Part shown: one piece after another, positions 1-13,165 of the stretch
Layout of the letters: each line of letters begins with the position of its first letter
Position numbering within the stretch: the first letter of the stretch is position 1
NCBI GenBank assembly: GCA_023213395.1
Contig: CM041465.1
Span: forward strand, 120,287,741-120,351,740
DNA: 64,000 nucleotides
Origin: Cycas panzhihuaensis
Lineage: Eukaryota > Plantae > Cycadophyta
Direction of reading: 5' to 3'
Translations under genes and position numbers: made by a program
Notes under the pieces: generated by a model
The model's database searches: none
What the model was told of the DNA's origin: nothing
Seen by the model: the letters and a program-made list of their open reading frames with translations, nothing else

Positions 1-639
1 GATTAAGAGACATGATATTCTAGCTTTTAAAATGCTCATTAAAGGACAAATAAGTTAAGGTCAATAATAACCTTAATCAATAAAAGATGTATCAATTTTT
101 GATTCTAAAAGATTTTATCTAGGAGCGATGGCTGAAAGAGGATAATATTAGCTTGGATAAACCAAATAGAGAAAAGAGAAATTAATATATTTCATTTTAT
201 TTTTATGTGAAGCAGTTGGAAAATTAATGATCTAGAGGGCCCTTAACACTTGATTTAGGAGATGATTTGGAGCTATCTTGACAAGATACCAGTTACAGGA
301 GGTGGAGACACAAATGATGGAGCAAAGAGCTAAATATCTGGTAAGTCTCTCTTACAAGTATATTTTTTTAATTAAATTTTTTTGAGTAAAAATATGATAA
401 TACAAAATGGAAAACATAGGAATAATGTTAAAAACACGATCAAATTTAAAAAAATGTGATTTAATAGTTTAACACAAGAATTACAATATCACATTTTTAA
501 TAAGTAAATCATATTTTTTACTATGTTATCATATATTTTAGTGGATAGTTACATTTTTTATTATCTTGTTGTATTTTTTGTTTTAAAAGAAAAAAAATAA
601 AAATAAAAGTCTTTTAAAAAGTCAAAATTAGAATCTAAC

Positions 640-2460
640 ATGATTGATTTTGATGTGATGTAGCCTCTAGAGAGGGTAGATATTAGGGACAATGAGGGAT
701 GAACAATTAGAGAGTTAATCAGTTAATTGACCGTGGAGGATTTTGCCCTATTGAGGGCATGTAGTCTATCCCAAGTGAGTGGATCAACCTAATTAGTGGA
801 GTATGAGATCCTACATGATTTTATTAATTGTTAGATACCAAGGAAGAATGTATTCAGAGTACGAGAGATAAGAGATATATAGATCACTCTTAGGGATATT
901 GGGAGGATATTAGGGATTAGTTGGCATAAGAAGATGATTAAATTGAATAGGGTGATTAACGATGAGTCATAAGAGGTGTGTATCTAATATTTAATTGGCT
1001 TTGTTAATCTATTTAGTCCTCAGAAGATATCTATTAAGGCAATGAGGACAATAGAGGGGATTCCTATCATATGGAAGATCATTACCCTTATTGTCATTTT
1101 TAGTATTACTAGGACCTAGAATTTCATCGAGGTTCCAACACAGTGGGTAAGAGTAACTAGGAGATGTGAGCAAGGTGTCAAGATAAATTAGGGGTAATAT
1201 ATAGTAGACAATACGTGCTTTCAATTATCCCAAAATATGAGGTAGGGTAGGGAGGTTTTTCTTATAGTTCTATTTTAATGTATTGGTTATATGACTACAT
1301 CCCATTGATGAGGCCAGGTGGAGCACCAAGAGAGTTAACCATTATGGATATAGGAATGAACTAATGGTATATGAGAGCTCATATTCATAATATAATAGTT
1401 ATTATAGTGAAGACTATATGTAGTCCTCTACTGATCTGTATGATCAGGAGACAACTAGTAGAGGATTTATATGAGGGGTTGTCTATATGGAGCAATGATG
1501 AGGTTGATGCAATTGAGATGGAACTAGTAGGAGAGGCTCTTATTGTTAGAGGAGGAAGAGGGAGAGAGAGAGGGAGAGGAGGTAGAGAAGGAGGAAATAA
1601 TAGACAACATCATACTGGTCAAGGTGGAAGAGAAGAGGCATTGACCATTGGAGGAGGGAGAGGAGGTAGGGATGTGCTTTAGGTAATATGTGGAGATAGA
1701 GAGGAGGTAGGGATGGAGTTGATGGATGGGTAGGGGAGAGGAGGTGATGGGAGCAGATGAAGAGAGAGGGAGCCTCCCCAAGAGCCTCAAGGAGAGGGAT
1801 TTACATAGTCAGAAGAGGAGATGGTAGTAGAGCCAGTGGGAGGATGACAACCAACAATCATATTAATTAATATATGTTTTAAACATATTCGATTATTTCT
1901 TTTAGATTATCTACCCTTTATACAGAAGATTGATCATGATTTATATATTTTTTATGGATAGGTGAGGAGAGCCTAACTCTTACAAAGGTTAGGAGGATGC
2001 TCCATTTGATCTTCCCCTATGCATCCACATTGGAAGAGCCTTCATTGTAAAACATCATTGATCCTACACTATTAGGGAATTATATTGAGTATTTTAGTCC
2101 TATATTATAGGCTTGAGACATGATTTAGGATATGATGATGGAGTTGAGACTTTGAGAGTTAGAGCTCAAGATGGTAGAGGATGAGTGATGTTATCTACAG
2201 AGGATGATATTAGTACAGGCTGAGGGACAAGTTACTCCATTTGAGAGCACCACATTTTAGTAGGAAAAATATTGTCCACCATGTAGAGAGTCGACACATG
2301 GATAGATTCCAGATAGAGGAGAGAGAGTGGAGCTAGGAGGACAGGATAGGTCTCATCAGAGCTCATGGAGATGAGTGTATTTTTATATATAGAGAGGAGA
2401 TAGGAGGGAGATACGAGGTATTTTATGAGCCTCAAATATTGTATCATAAGTTGAATAATG
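640..2460 (-). pseudogene. Decayed Ser/Pro-rich reading frame of unknown type, possibly an extra ORF in the 3' region of the Tat element
   Basis: Purine-skewed plus strand and several same-strand ORF fragments (2232-2447, 1524-1790, 1009-1224) separated by stops. No domain recognised. Confidence 0.25.
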
Positions 2461-2491
2461 GTAGATATATTATATTTGTATCATAACCCTC

Positions 2492-2517
2492 ATATATATA
2501 TATATATATATATATAT
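2492..2517. repeat. (AT)n microsatellite
   Basis: Uninterrupted ATAT run. Confidence 0.95.
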
Positions 2518-3249
2518 CGATCATCTTTTCTTCATAACTTCAGTAATAAATATGATGTATGATTAACTTTAAACTCATTCCCCCCTTTGATTCCTCTTTT
2601 ATAGATTGTATATGATATACGTTCATTAGTGTGAGGATCTATAAAAACATACAAAAGTTTTTTTTTTCTTGTTTTATCTCTTTTTTTATTTTTTATGATT
2701 TTATAATTTTTAAAATTTTTTATTAATATGTATAGAATAGTTTATGCTCATTCTAGACTATAAAAAGGTCTTAAAGCAGAAAAAATCATAAGTAATGATA
2801 GAGAGAAGAAAATAGATAAAAAGATAAAAGGGAGTAGATGGAAAAGATTAATAATTCTATTCTAAAAAATGTAAAACCACTTAAAAATTGAACGGTAATA
2901 AGTTTATAAAAATAAAAGATTGAATAATATAAGTCCCTCTAAAAGAAAAACTTATATAATTTGCATCACACTAAGGATAGATTATATAAGCATAGACTAA
3001 AATCCATATTCATATAATATATCTTAAGACAAACATGTTGTTTATAGAATGAAATACTAATTTCACTAAATAAATAATTAGTTTCTTGAGTATATTTATC
3101 TTTTCTAATACTTTATTTTGTCCTTAAACCTATGATCCTAACTTTCACATTACTTAAACTCTTATCCTGAAAAACCATAGTTTATACTCTTTATGGAGTG
3201 GTAGTTTATACTCATTCTGGAATAGGGTGTCCCCAACAAAAAATGAGAG

Positions 3250-3297
3250 TTAACCAAAATAATCATCCAAGATAAAAGATACTAGAGCATTAACTTT
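3250..3297 (-). pseudogene. C-terminal end of the Tat archaeal-type RNase H (aRH) ORF
   Basis: Translates KVNALVSFILDDYFG*, continuing ...FIPHIFNT from 13473 across the TSD (degenerate N-x-x-ADxLA motif). Confidence 0.75.
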
Positions 3298-3302
3298 AGT
3301 AT

Positions 3303-3584
3303 TGAAGTCATTAGGGACAGAGCAAAACACTATATGATATCCATATTAATAAAATTTTAGTATAATGGCAGTGTTAATAAATAACTTTGGATAAAATGTC
3401 ACTTATTTATAGTTGGGAGGTTGGAAAGGAACCCACCATCAACCAACACTTTTGAAATTTAAAAAAATAATATAAAATATGTAACTTACGACTATTGGAG
3501 GTTATTGGTAGCTATTGATAGCTTATGAAGACCCAATGCCACTATGCATACTTAATAATTAAGAAATAAGCATTAACTCCAACA
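3303..3584 (-). repeat. 3' LTR of mini-Copia A
   Basis: Starts TGAAGTCATTAGG and ends CTCCAACA, next to the PPT. Aligns loosely to 13166-13472. Confidence 0.8.
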
Positions 3585-3605
3585 TTCTCCTCTATAATAG
3601 TTATT

Positions 3606-4373
3606 TTATAAAATTCCAAGATTATCTCTAAACTTGTAAAACTTAAACCTTTGAAGAACCTTAGGAAAGATAGTTGTTGCTTGTTCCTTTGCTTTGTAAT
3701 AGGTCAGTTTAATATCACCATTTTGTATTGATTCCTTTGTAAAGTTTACCTCTTTAAGAGTGTGAGGCTCATATGGTTCTTAAACTTGGCTTAATTGGAA
3801 AAAATAGACCATATTGGAGGGTGTGAGTATTCTTTCAAGGTTGATGCCAAATATATTTATTGGGTGACCTTTGTCTTTCTTAAATTTTACCTTGTAGTGA
3901 TCATCTACATTGTCAGAGTCGTTTAGGTCAATGGTACATATAATCTTGTTATCATGTTCCAACATCTATCCCATTGATAGTAGGTCTTCATGCAATATAT
4001 TGTCAATGTATCTAGTTTTATTTAATTTAGTCGTGATAAAGACATTCTCTTTTTCAATAGTTGTGGCTCCCCCATGAATCATTTACAAGGTGTCGCATGT
4101 GTCCTCTCGGGTAGTCACTCCACTTATACTAAAGAATATGTGGTTATCCAAGGTACAAAATATTAATGCTAATGCTCCATTATCTTTTTTTACACTTTCT
4201 TTAAAGGTTTGTTATGCTTCCAAGGTAGCATTATCACCTAAGTCATTGTAACTATCCTTCACAAATTACCAAAGATTTTTAATAATAAAAAATAGTTTCA
4301 TCAATTTACTCTAAAGTGGAAAGTTAGTTCCATCAAATATAAGTATACTTATATTACTGAGATTTATCGCCAT
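3606..4373 (-). pseudogene. Collapsed Copia ORF (255 codons): Gag N-terminus + post-protease segment + RNase H C-terminal tail
   Basis: One frame from MAINLSNISILIFDGTNF... through LLSMG*MLEH to GDIKLTYYKAKEQATTIFPKVLQRFKFYKFRDNLGIL*. Only in-frame stops, no frameshift. Confidence 0.85.
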
Positions 4374-4974
4374 TATGTTTCAAAAAATAAAGTTTCATTT
4401 AAATGTTTCAAAAGTATAGTTTTGAAATAATGTGTCCTATTAACTAGAAGATTTCTAGGTTCTCAGTTTATGGGTCTCCAAGGAAGCCTTTAGTTACTAT
4501 TCCGTTTAATGGTGCTTGCCCACAAGTGGTAAATAAGGGGTCCAATATATCTGTATGTGAGTGCTAGGCTCTATATACCTTAATACGCAGGCTGCAAAGA
4601 AGGTACATGACACCCTTTACTTATTTATCCACCTGCATTAGACTTATGCATAGCAACAAATATAGTGGTAATGGATTTACAAACAAATGCACTTATCACT
4701 CTCGGTCCAGCCTGGTCTCTAAACTCTGAAAAGAAAGGTTTACTCCACCTCAACCTGCCACTGTATGCACCTGATAGCCAATGACATTTCTCATCTAATA
4801 TAAGTAGGCCAAGGGTGTGTGTAGGGTGGTAACTTCAAGGGTTATAACCGTTCCCCTTACAAGGCTAGAAATAGGGTGTTATTTTAGAAATTTGTCTTGT
4901 TCAATGTAAAAATATATCTTATATGTGGTCTTATTTAGCAAATAAGGTTCCTTCTTAATTAATAAATGAAAAAT

Positions 4975-4994
4975 AACTTGAAATGAACCTCTTT
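4975..4994. repeat. LINE target-site duplication, left copy
   Basis: AACTTGAAATGAACCTCTTT, identical to 11120-11139. Confidence 0.95.
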
Positions 4995-5191
4995 TTTTTT
5001 TTGATCAGGTAAAATGAATTAAAGGGGTTTTAACTGGGTCCCCAAACCCGATACATCATAGCCGGATGGCAAAGAAAGGGAAAAGAAAAACTGACCATGA
5101 CAGGCCCATGGTCTAACCCAAGATAATATCTTCACCCTCGGACTACGCCTTCAATCTTCATCTGATTACCTCTCCCATATGTACATCTGCC

Positions 5192-8100
5192 CTAACCAAT
5201 CTCAATAACTCCATCGGGAAGTCCTCTTTCCAAACTTTTGATCTTTTGTTTGTCACTACCAATTTGCCAACCAATCCGCCACCGCATTGCCATCCCTAAA
5301 GGTGTGATGGATCTGAACCTCCGCCTGTCTCTCAAAACATCCTTGGCATCCTCGAAGATATCCGAGTTCTCCCAACCCGAGTCCATTTCCCTTTCAAGCA
5401 TTTGATTACGTACATAGAGTCACCCTCTATTGTCACCTTTTGAACATTATCCTCTTCCAAAATAGAGGTGGCCCTCAAAGATAGCCGGAACTCGACTTTA
5501 CGGTTCGATTGAATCCCCAAGTATTCCGCAAAGGCCCATCTCACGTTTCCTTCATGATCCCTGCATAGGCCCCCTCCTCCCGCCTCCCCGGTTGCCTTCA
5601 TTGCGCCATCAAAATTGACTTTACCCAAGATCCATCCGGAGGATGCCACTTGACTTCTCTTCTTCTATTTTTGGCTCCCTCCCTGGGCACTATACCCCAT
5701 TCTCTAATGATATCCTCTTCATCTCTAGGTATCCTATCCTCCTTTGGTCTTTCCATCATTTACGAGATTGCCTTCCGATTTTAACCACCACCATCTGACT
5801 ATCTTTTTCTTTTCCTTCAAATATCCTTCTGTTTCTTTCTTTCCAGATAAGCCAAGAGCCTACAAAGGATCATCTTCCAAAGCCCGGAAAGGGATTTGCT
5901 CTTGAAAGGCGATGTCCATGCAGCCACCTTGCTCACCTAAGGAATATGAAGAGACCTGTGCTATCCCCATCCCACCCGGATGACATTCCAAATCCCTACG
6001 AATAAGGACAAGGATGCACAAGTGGTCCGTGGTTTCCACTTCCATCTTGCACATCACACATCTACTCGCCAACCGGACGCCTCTTGAGAGGTTGTCCAGG
6101 TGTAAGTAGTTTGTTTGAAGACATATCCACCGAAAGCTGCAATTTTGGGAGGATCCCTAACTTCCGCACCTCGGCCAACCTATCATTCCTTTCCCACCCC
6201 TCACCGCTCATCCTTATGTCATAGCCCGCTTTGACGGTAAGAACCTCTCACGAGGAAGGCCACACCAAGGTATTCGGGCCCATCCTCCTCGGAATATACC
6301 GCTTATCTAGAATCTCTTTCACCCCGAGGATCTCCTCCCGAGACCGTGTGGACTTCCTCGAACGATCTCCACCTCCTATCCTTACCATGGCCAATCCAGT
6401 AATTCTTGACCAAAAAGCCATAGCGATTTACACATGCTCTCCTCAGAGTTCCGATATTAGGCAAATCCTCAAGCTTGAAGGGACCGCACCACCTGTCTTC
6501 CCAAAACCTTATGCTTTCGCCATCTCCCAGCTTCCATCGCAAACCTTTGCAAAGGAGGGGCCTCGAGGACCTAATGGCTCTCCAAACTTGGGATCCCTCC
6601 CGGCAAAGCTCCTCCTCCATCAGAAATTGCTTGTCCCCCAAATACTTCCTTGCAATAAGCTTACCCCAGGTCGAGCCGACTTCTTTGGATAGCCTCCAAC
6701 CCGTCTTAGCCAAAAGGGCTTCATTGAAGTATCCCAGTCTTCTAATATTGAGACCTCCGACCCACTTAGGTCTGCAGACCTTTTCCCATGACACTAAGTG
6801 GAATTTCCTTTCTTCACCGCCCAAAGGAATCGTTTCATAATTCCTTCCAGCCGCTTATGACCCTTTCCGGATTTTAAAACCGACATCCGAAGACAGGAAT
6901 ACTTTGCAGAGAGGCCACCAACAATTGAATTTTCCCCACTAAGGAGAGCCCCTTTTCCAACCCGGCCACTTCCCTTGAATCTGCTAACTTTTGCATCCCA
7001 CATATCCTTCCCCATCCTACCGGTGAAGAGAGGCATACCAAGATAAGAGCTAGGAAGGGTACCTCTAGCCATCTCCAAAAGCTGCAGATCTTACCTTGAA
7101 GTCTCTCAAGTGTTGATAAAAAGGCTGAGCTTTTGTTCAGATTTATTCTTTGGTTTGTAGCCTTTTCATACGCCTGAAGACCCATTTTTAGACCCTTGGC
7201 CTCCTCAAGGAGGCCTTACAAAGGAAAATATTGTCATCATCAACGAACTGATGAAGCACTATGTTGTCAAGGTTAGAGGAGGCCTTCAATCCCATGATCC
7301 TCCCAATCCTCTGAGCTTCCATCGCCGCCTCTACCTAGCATCTACGCCATTATAATAAATGTAAAGGGGGAGAGGGGGTCACCTTGCCTCAGACCCCTCG
7401 CTCCCACAAAGAAAGGGGTCGATCTCCCGTTAATCAATACTGAAAAGGAAACTCTGGAGATACAGCACCTCATCCACTCCCTCCATATCAGCCCAAACCC
7501 AAAGGCCTCAAGGCACTCCAACAAGCAGTCCCAGGCCACCCGATCGTAGGCCTTAGACATATCTGCTTTTGACAAGCATTCCGGCTTCCTGCGTTGCATC
7601 GTCGAGTGCAAGGTTTCATGAACAATTATAATGCCATCCGCAATTTGTCTGCCTTTGACAAACCCATCCTGGTTTGGGGATATGATGTCCTAAGATATCG
7701 CTTCAGCGATTCGCCAAAGACTTTTGCAAATATCTTATATTTCACGTTACATAGTGATCGACGGCCTCAAGTCTTCCATGCTATCCACACCTCCTTCTTT
7801 GGAATCAATGCCAAAATGTGGCTCGCCATTCTTTCGTGTGCGCTCGGAAGAATTGTTAAGCGCCCATCAAATCATCCTTAATTATCTCCCAATATTCCTG
7901 GAAGAAACCTAGGGGGAAGCCGTCCTACTGAGCTTTATCTCGGCCCATCTTGAATAAGGCCTTCTCCACCTCCTCCTGGGAAAAAGGTTCTACCAATTTA
8001 TTATTTTGGTTCTCATTAATCAATTTCGGGATGTGATGTAGGAGTGCCTCCCTAAGGACGGGATCTTGACATCCCAGCTCTGAAAATAACTCCTTGAAAT

Positions 8101-9281
8101 GTTCCATAGCAATACCCCCGATCTGATCCTCCGCTCACACAACCCCATCCCCGCCCGAATTTTAGAGATCCTCATGAGCCCTATGTCTCATAGTAGACAT
8201 ATGGAAGAATTTCGTGTTTCTGTCCCCCTCTCTTATCCATTGCTCTCTAGATTTTTGTTTCCAGAAAATCTCCTCTCTGGCCAGCACCTCCTCAAATCTC
8301 TTGGAAGTCGAAAATTCCTTGTGATCCAAATCCTGGGATCTACCCTCCCTCTGAATACTCAACTCTATATCTTTTAATTCCTCCAACAGAGCACCCTTAT
8401 GTTCAAAAATATTCCCAAAGACCTCTTTGTTCCAAACTTTGATTTGAGTCTTTATCGACAATTCAGCCTCGAAAATCTAAACATGGCACATCCACAGACT
8501 GAATACCCCACCATTCCTTGATCCTCTCTCTCAGGTCTGGATGTTTACGCCACATGAGCTCAAACGAAAAGGCGCCTTTGAAAAAGCGGAGAAGACCCTC
8601 CAAAATAAGAGGAGTATGATCCGGCCGGTTCTCGGAAGGGCCTCGACAACACCTTGAAATGGCATGCCCATTCATAGTTTATGAGCATCCTATCCAATCT
8701 GCCTGTCAGATATGATTATGCCCTAGCCTCCTGTTTGACCATGTGAACCTCCCTCCCTTAAGAGGAACATCCATCAGGCCCCCATATTGCATGAAAACAC
8801 CGAGATCAGTCATACCGGACCATCCCCTTGTCCACCCTTCTTCTCTTAGGCACGGAGGGAGTTAAAATCCCCGCTACCGCCCAAGGCCCAACCCAATCTT
8901 TATGGGCCTCCAACACACCTTCCCATAATCTCTTCCTACCCTCAGCCGTATTAGGGGCATAGATGTTGGTGATCCTATACTCCTTGTTAGTAGATGTACT
9001 AACCAAATTTCACAAAGGAGGAAGTGTTCGCCTACACACCTCCCAACCTTTCCATCTTTTAGATTCCACGGTGAGGCCGCCCTCCGAACCTACCGAGCCT
9101 ACACTGCCTTCCCCTTTCCACTCCTCCAAATCTTATTCAAGACCTCCGCTTCCTTGATCACCTCCACTTTGGTCTCCCCGCAGAGTACAATATCGACCTC
9201 GCACCTAATCCTAATCTCTTTAACCAATCTTTGCTTGGATGGGGCATTTAGCCCCCTAATATTCCAAGAAAGGATCTTCAT
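5192..9281 (-). pseudogene. LINE ORF2 (APE endonuclease - RT - zf-RVT - RNase H), frameshifted in this sequence
   Basis: MKILSWNIRGLN, NIYAPN and DHTP (EN); [11 protein letters not shown] and LRQGDPLSP (RT); YLGMPL; LVSWEKVCRPKWVGGL; RCVMCKMEVETTDHL; VNFDGA...GGLCRD...IEGDS (RNase H). Confidence 0.92.
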
Positions 9282-9289
9282 GGAAGACT

Positions 9290-11097
9290 CTCATCCTTTT
9301 CTACTCGAGGTTGGGACCTTCTAAAGCCCCCTCCTTCGTGCTCGGTGCCCCGTGTCTATCCGGACTTGAGTTTCTTTCTCCCTTGTAGCCTTTCTTGGGG
9401 GTCTACCCACCTTCCTCTCCACCCCATAATCTGGGACCTTTCTAGTATCTGATTTGGTGCATTTAGATACCCATTTATGTATCCCTCCACCTCTGCTCAA
9501 GTCTGATCCTTTCGCCCCACCTTCTCCTCCTCCTTCACCCACCGTAGCTGCCTGTTTCTCCTCTTGGTTCTGCTCTTTCAGCGTCCCCTCCTCGGGTTCA
9601 GAAAAGTAGTCCTCCAAATCCCAGTTTATGTTCTTGGCCGCCAGCTTCCTCATCCACCGGGCCCCGATATCACCTTCCTCCCGAATCCGATCCGAGTCTC
9701 TGGTCCCTCCACACTTTGGGGATTACAACATTCTCCTCGCCTTTAGATTTTCCTTTACCATTCCAATTCCTTTTGGATCTCCTCCTCCTCCTGCAGATTC
9801 CTCAAGACCACCGATTCGCTTCTATTTCGTGAGACAAATCCCAAAGAGAGGTCTCTCCACCGTCTCCGCATATCATGAGGCAATTCCTCAACAATATTCC
9901 CTTTATCTTCTGCGGTGTCAACCTCATCCGATCTACGGCTTCCTCTTATTACCTTCCGCCTCATCCTCCTCAATGGAATACCGGCATTGAAAGGGAGATG
10001 CCCCTGATCTTACACTTTGTGCACCGAATGTATCCACCTCATAAAATAATCCTTGTTTAATGGACAATCCGTCCGACTCGACTCAATCTCATCCGAAGCT
10101 CATCATCAAGCTTAGCCAAAGACACAAAATCGGCATTCATCAATCTAGATTTGTGTTTAGTGGTGAATCCACCGCAAGAAGAGGCCCTATCATCTTGGCC
10201 GTCCCTTTAACCGCCTCGGTTCCAAAATGTAAGGGAGCCACGAGTTGTACCCAAACCGGGGCTTGTTTAACCATTGGGATCACGGTCAAAACCCGTGCCA
10301 TTTTTCCAATGTCATGGCCTTTCTTCCGAACATCCATGGAGATTTCAATAGAATAGGGATCATGTCTTCCGGCTTAAAACCTAAGCAGAACACACCCTTA
10401 GGCATTGCCATAACTTGGACAGATTTCTAGTCTTCCATTTGTGTCTTATCCACTCCCTAATAGTGTCCAAACTCGGCTCGGGACCCGAGAACCTCCCTAC
10501 CAGTTTGTTCTCCCAATCTTGAATAGTTCTTTCGATTACTTCTTTAGGTATTTTTAGTTTAAACTGCTTCCGATTTTTATTGGTGAAATGTCTACTTCCT
10601 CATGGTATCCATTATTCAAAACTTGCAGATAGGTCCTCCCGATGGAGAGGATTGAGATTGATTCAAAGAAGACGCATCATAATAATGTAAAAACCGAACT
10701 CGTGCAAACTAGATAAAACAACACCAGCTCACCATTGAGCACCACCGATGTCCCTTAGGGTTGAAAATCGCCTGATCACCCAACCGGTTCGTCCTTTCTC
10801 ACCCTCGCCTCAAGAACACCGCCAACATTGGCCACCTTCTCTCCTCTGATTGCCACCACCGCCCCGTTCTGAAAATAATCACCCTTAGCCCTCACTGCAG
10901 GCGGCTGTGGTCTACCAATCGTGGAAGCGCCTCTTTCTTTGCGTCGACCTCCCTCCGACTGCCAACTAACCCGTCTGTCCTTGCTATTGCTCTGCGTGAT
11001 GGGTCACGCCATCTAAGCAACTCATCTGGGGGGACGCCTGGTCTTGCCCCACGCCTGGAACCCTAGCCACGGCCGTCTGGCCGCTTCGTCTTACCAT
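9290..11097 (-). pseudogene. LINE ORF1 (DUF4283/zinc-knuckle type), frameshifted
   Basis: ATG at 11097 (MVRRSGQT...), WENKLVGRF motif near 10500, PVWVQL, and a basic C-terminus (KVGRPPRK) just before ORF2. Confidence 0.75.
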
Positions 11098-11119
11098 CGC
11101 GCCTTGGCGGCAAAGACTC

Positions 11120-11139
11120 AACTTGAAATGAACCTCTTT
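11120..11139. repeat. LINE target-site duplication, right copy
   Basis: Identical to 4975-4994. The minus-strand junction reads TTT/AAAG, resembling an L1 endonuclease site. Confidence 0.95.
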
Positions 11140-13151
11140 AAAGGAAATAAATATCAGATAAATGAGCATTTTTAAATGAAATAAATATAAAACTAATAAG
11201 CTTACAAAGTGATACAAATAAACTCTAAAATGATATAAAATGTAAAGAAAATAAAAGAGTCTTTAAATAAGCTTTTAAAAATGTAATAAGATGCACTCTA
11301 TGTGAACCTTTCAATGCAATAAAGAAACCTTAATTGAGCTTTAGAATAAACTTTAATAATGAAGTACAAGTGACCTTTAAATGAGTTAAATGAACCTAAT
11401 ATGAGCTTTAAAATAAAACTAAAAAAACTAAAAATGAATTAAAGTGTAAATGAGCTTTCAAGATGTAATAAATATAGTCTCTGTGAGTCTTTAAGGTGTG
11501 AAAAGATAACCTTAAATGATCTTTGAAAATAAGCTTTAATAATAAACTAAATTGACCTTTAAATAAGCTAAATATGAACTTTAAAATAAAATGAATGAGC
11601 CAAAGAAATGAATTAAAATGAAATAAAGGCTTTAAAATAAAATGATGTAGGGTTTGAAAAGCTCTTTATCTATGAAAAGGCATCCAACTATTATCTTCTT
11701 CTTTAAGAGGCAAACTTCACAATGTTCTGCCAAAAATTATATATAAGCTTAAGAAAACTAAGTGAAATTAGCTGAAAGTAGATTAGTATCTTAATATGAT
11801 GTAAATATGCTTAAATAGAATTGATAAATGACTAAAAAATTAGGTCAAACTAAAGGGCTAAATTTAGTAACCTTAAACACCTATAAAATAACTTTAGATC
11901 ATAATGAAATTAGCTTTAATACATAAATTAGTGAACCAACTTTTATGACAGATCTAATCATTCAAAAAATGGACTCCTAGATCAAAAGTTATAAGAAAAA
12001 TAGTAAAGACATCTTATTATGATAAAAAACTAAATAGGGAGGTTATGCTCCTTTCACTGGAGCCCTTGGTCACCTGAGGGGTAAATAGGAACAACAACTA
12101 ACTAGTAAAGGGGGCTAATGGACCCTAAACTTTATAAAAAGTAATTAAACCCCTTAAAATCTAAATTTATTAAAAATAAACTATAAAAATTAAATTTTGG
12201 CCCTTAAATAAGCTAAATAACAATTGTATGAGAGGCCAAATGACCATGGTTGGGGGGCTAAATAGGCCATAACTTTAAGTAATATAAAAAATTATTAAGT
12301 TTTATTAAACTTTATAAAAAACATTTATATAAAAAAATGAATTGAAATAATAAGAAGGATATAAATGAAAATACATAGACGTGCACATGCAAAGGAGGAG
12401 AAAAATCGCTTAAAAGTAATCAAAACTACTTTGAATCTCTTCAGAGATTAAACATGAGGAGGCATATACTACTCTTAGAGGATTCAAGGATAAAATCTAA
12501 GAGAAAACATATTCAAAAACATGTTTTTAGCATGGGAAAACCGTGGAGAGTGCACAGAGGGCATGGAGGTTGTACGACCAAAAGAGAAGGCATAACAACT
12601 TGTAAATGACCCTAAGCTGACACAGGGAGGTTTACAACTTAACTGTAGGAAGATTTGGGAGAAAACAGAGCTAAAATAAATGAAATTCAAATGGTGCACT
12701 CAGGGCTTTAGTAGCCAAAAGGAGAGGGCCTGCTTCTAGAAGTAATTTCTCGTAATAGGAGCGATGAAATTTGAAACCATCAAATCCACTGTGGGGTTGA
12801 CTCGATAAGGAATCAAACGAGTGGTTATTCAAGATAGTTTCAGCCATTGTGGAGAGTGCACTAGCTTGTAAAAGTTTAGGTAAGTAGAAAAAGCTTAAAA
12901 AAATAATTAAAAATGATTAAAATCTTATAAATATTTAACGAAACTTCAGTATAATAACTTTAACAGAGTGTTAGGTTAAGTACGCCAATAAACACTGCAC
13001 AAATCTTTAAAAAAATGAATGTATTTAATTGTACAAGCAAAAAAAAATGTAAATATTAATAATATTTTAAATATTTAAATGTAATGTATATGAAACTATT
13101 AAAAAATAATACAAATATAATCAAAATACTCTTGTTGTGTATCGTTGAATA

Positions 13152-13163
13152 GCTCTAATACCA
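13152..13163 (-). promoter_or_regulatory. PBS (tRNA-iMet) of mini-Copia A
   Basis: TGGTATTAGAGC, one C>T from the canonical TGGTATCAGAGC, 2 nt from the LTR end. Confidence 0.9.
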
Positions 13164-13165
13164 AA

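Larger units (their letters stand above)
4992..11119 (-). mobile_element. Full-length plant L1-clade LINE with C-terminal RNase H
   Basis: Poly(T) at 4992-5002 (poly(A) tail), 20-bp TSD, ORF1 and ORF2 motifs, and GC/CpG content much higher than the flanks. Confidence 0.95.

Noticed and set aside
1371-1790. RG-rich and Ser/Pro-rich ORFs
   Set aside because: Arise from GA-rich low-complexity sequence; no domain recognised.
6231-10430. Plus-strand ORFs over the LINE
   Set aside because: Antisense shadows of GC-rich LINE coding sequence.
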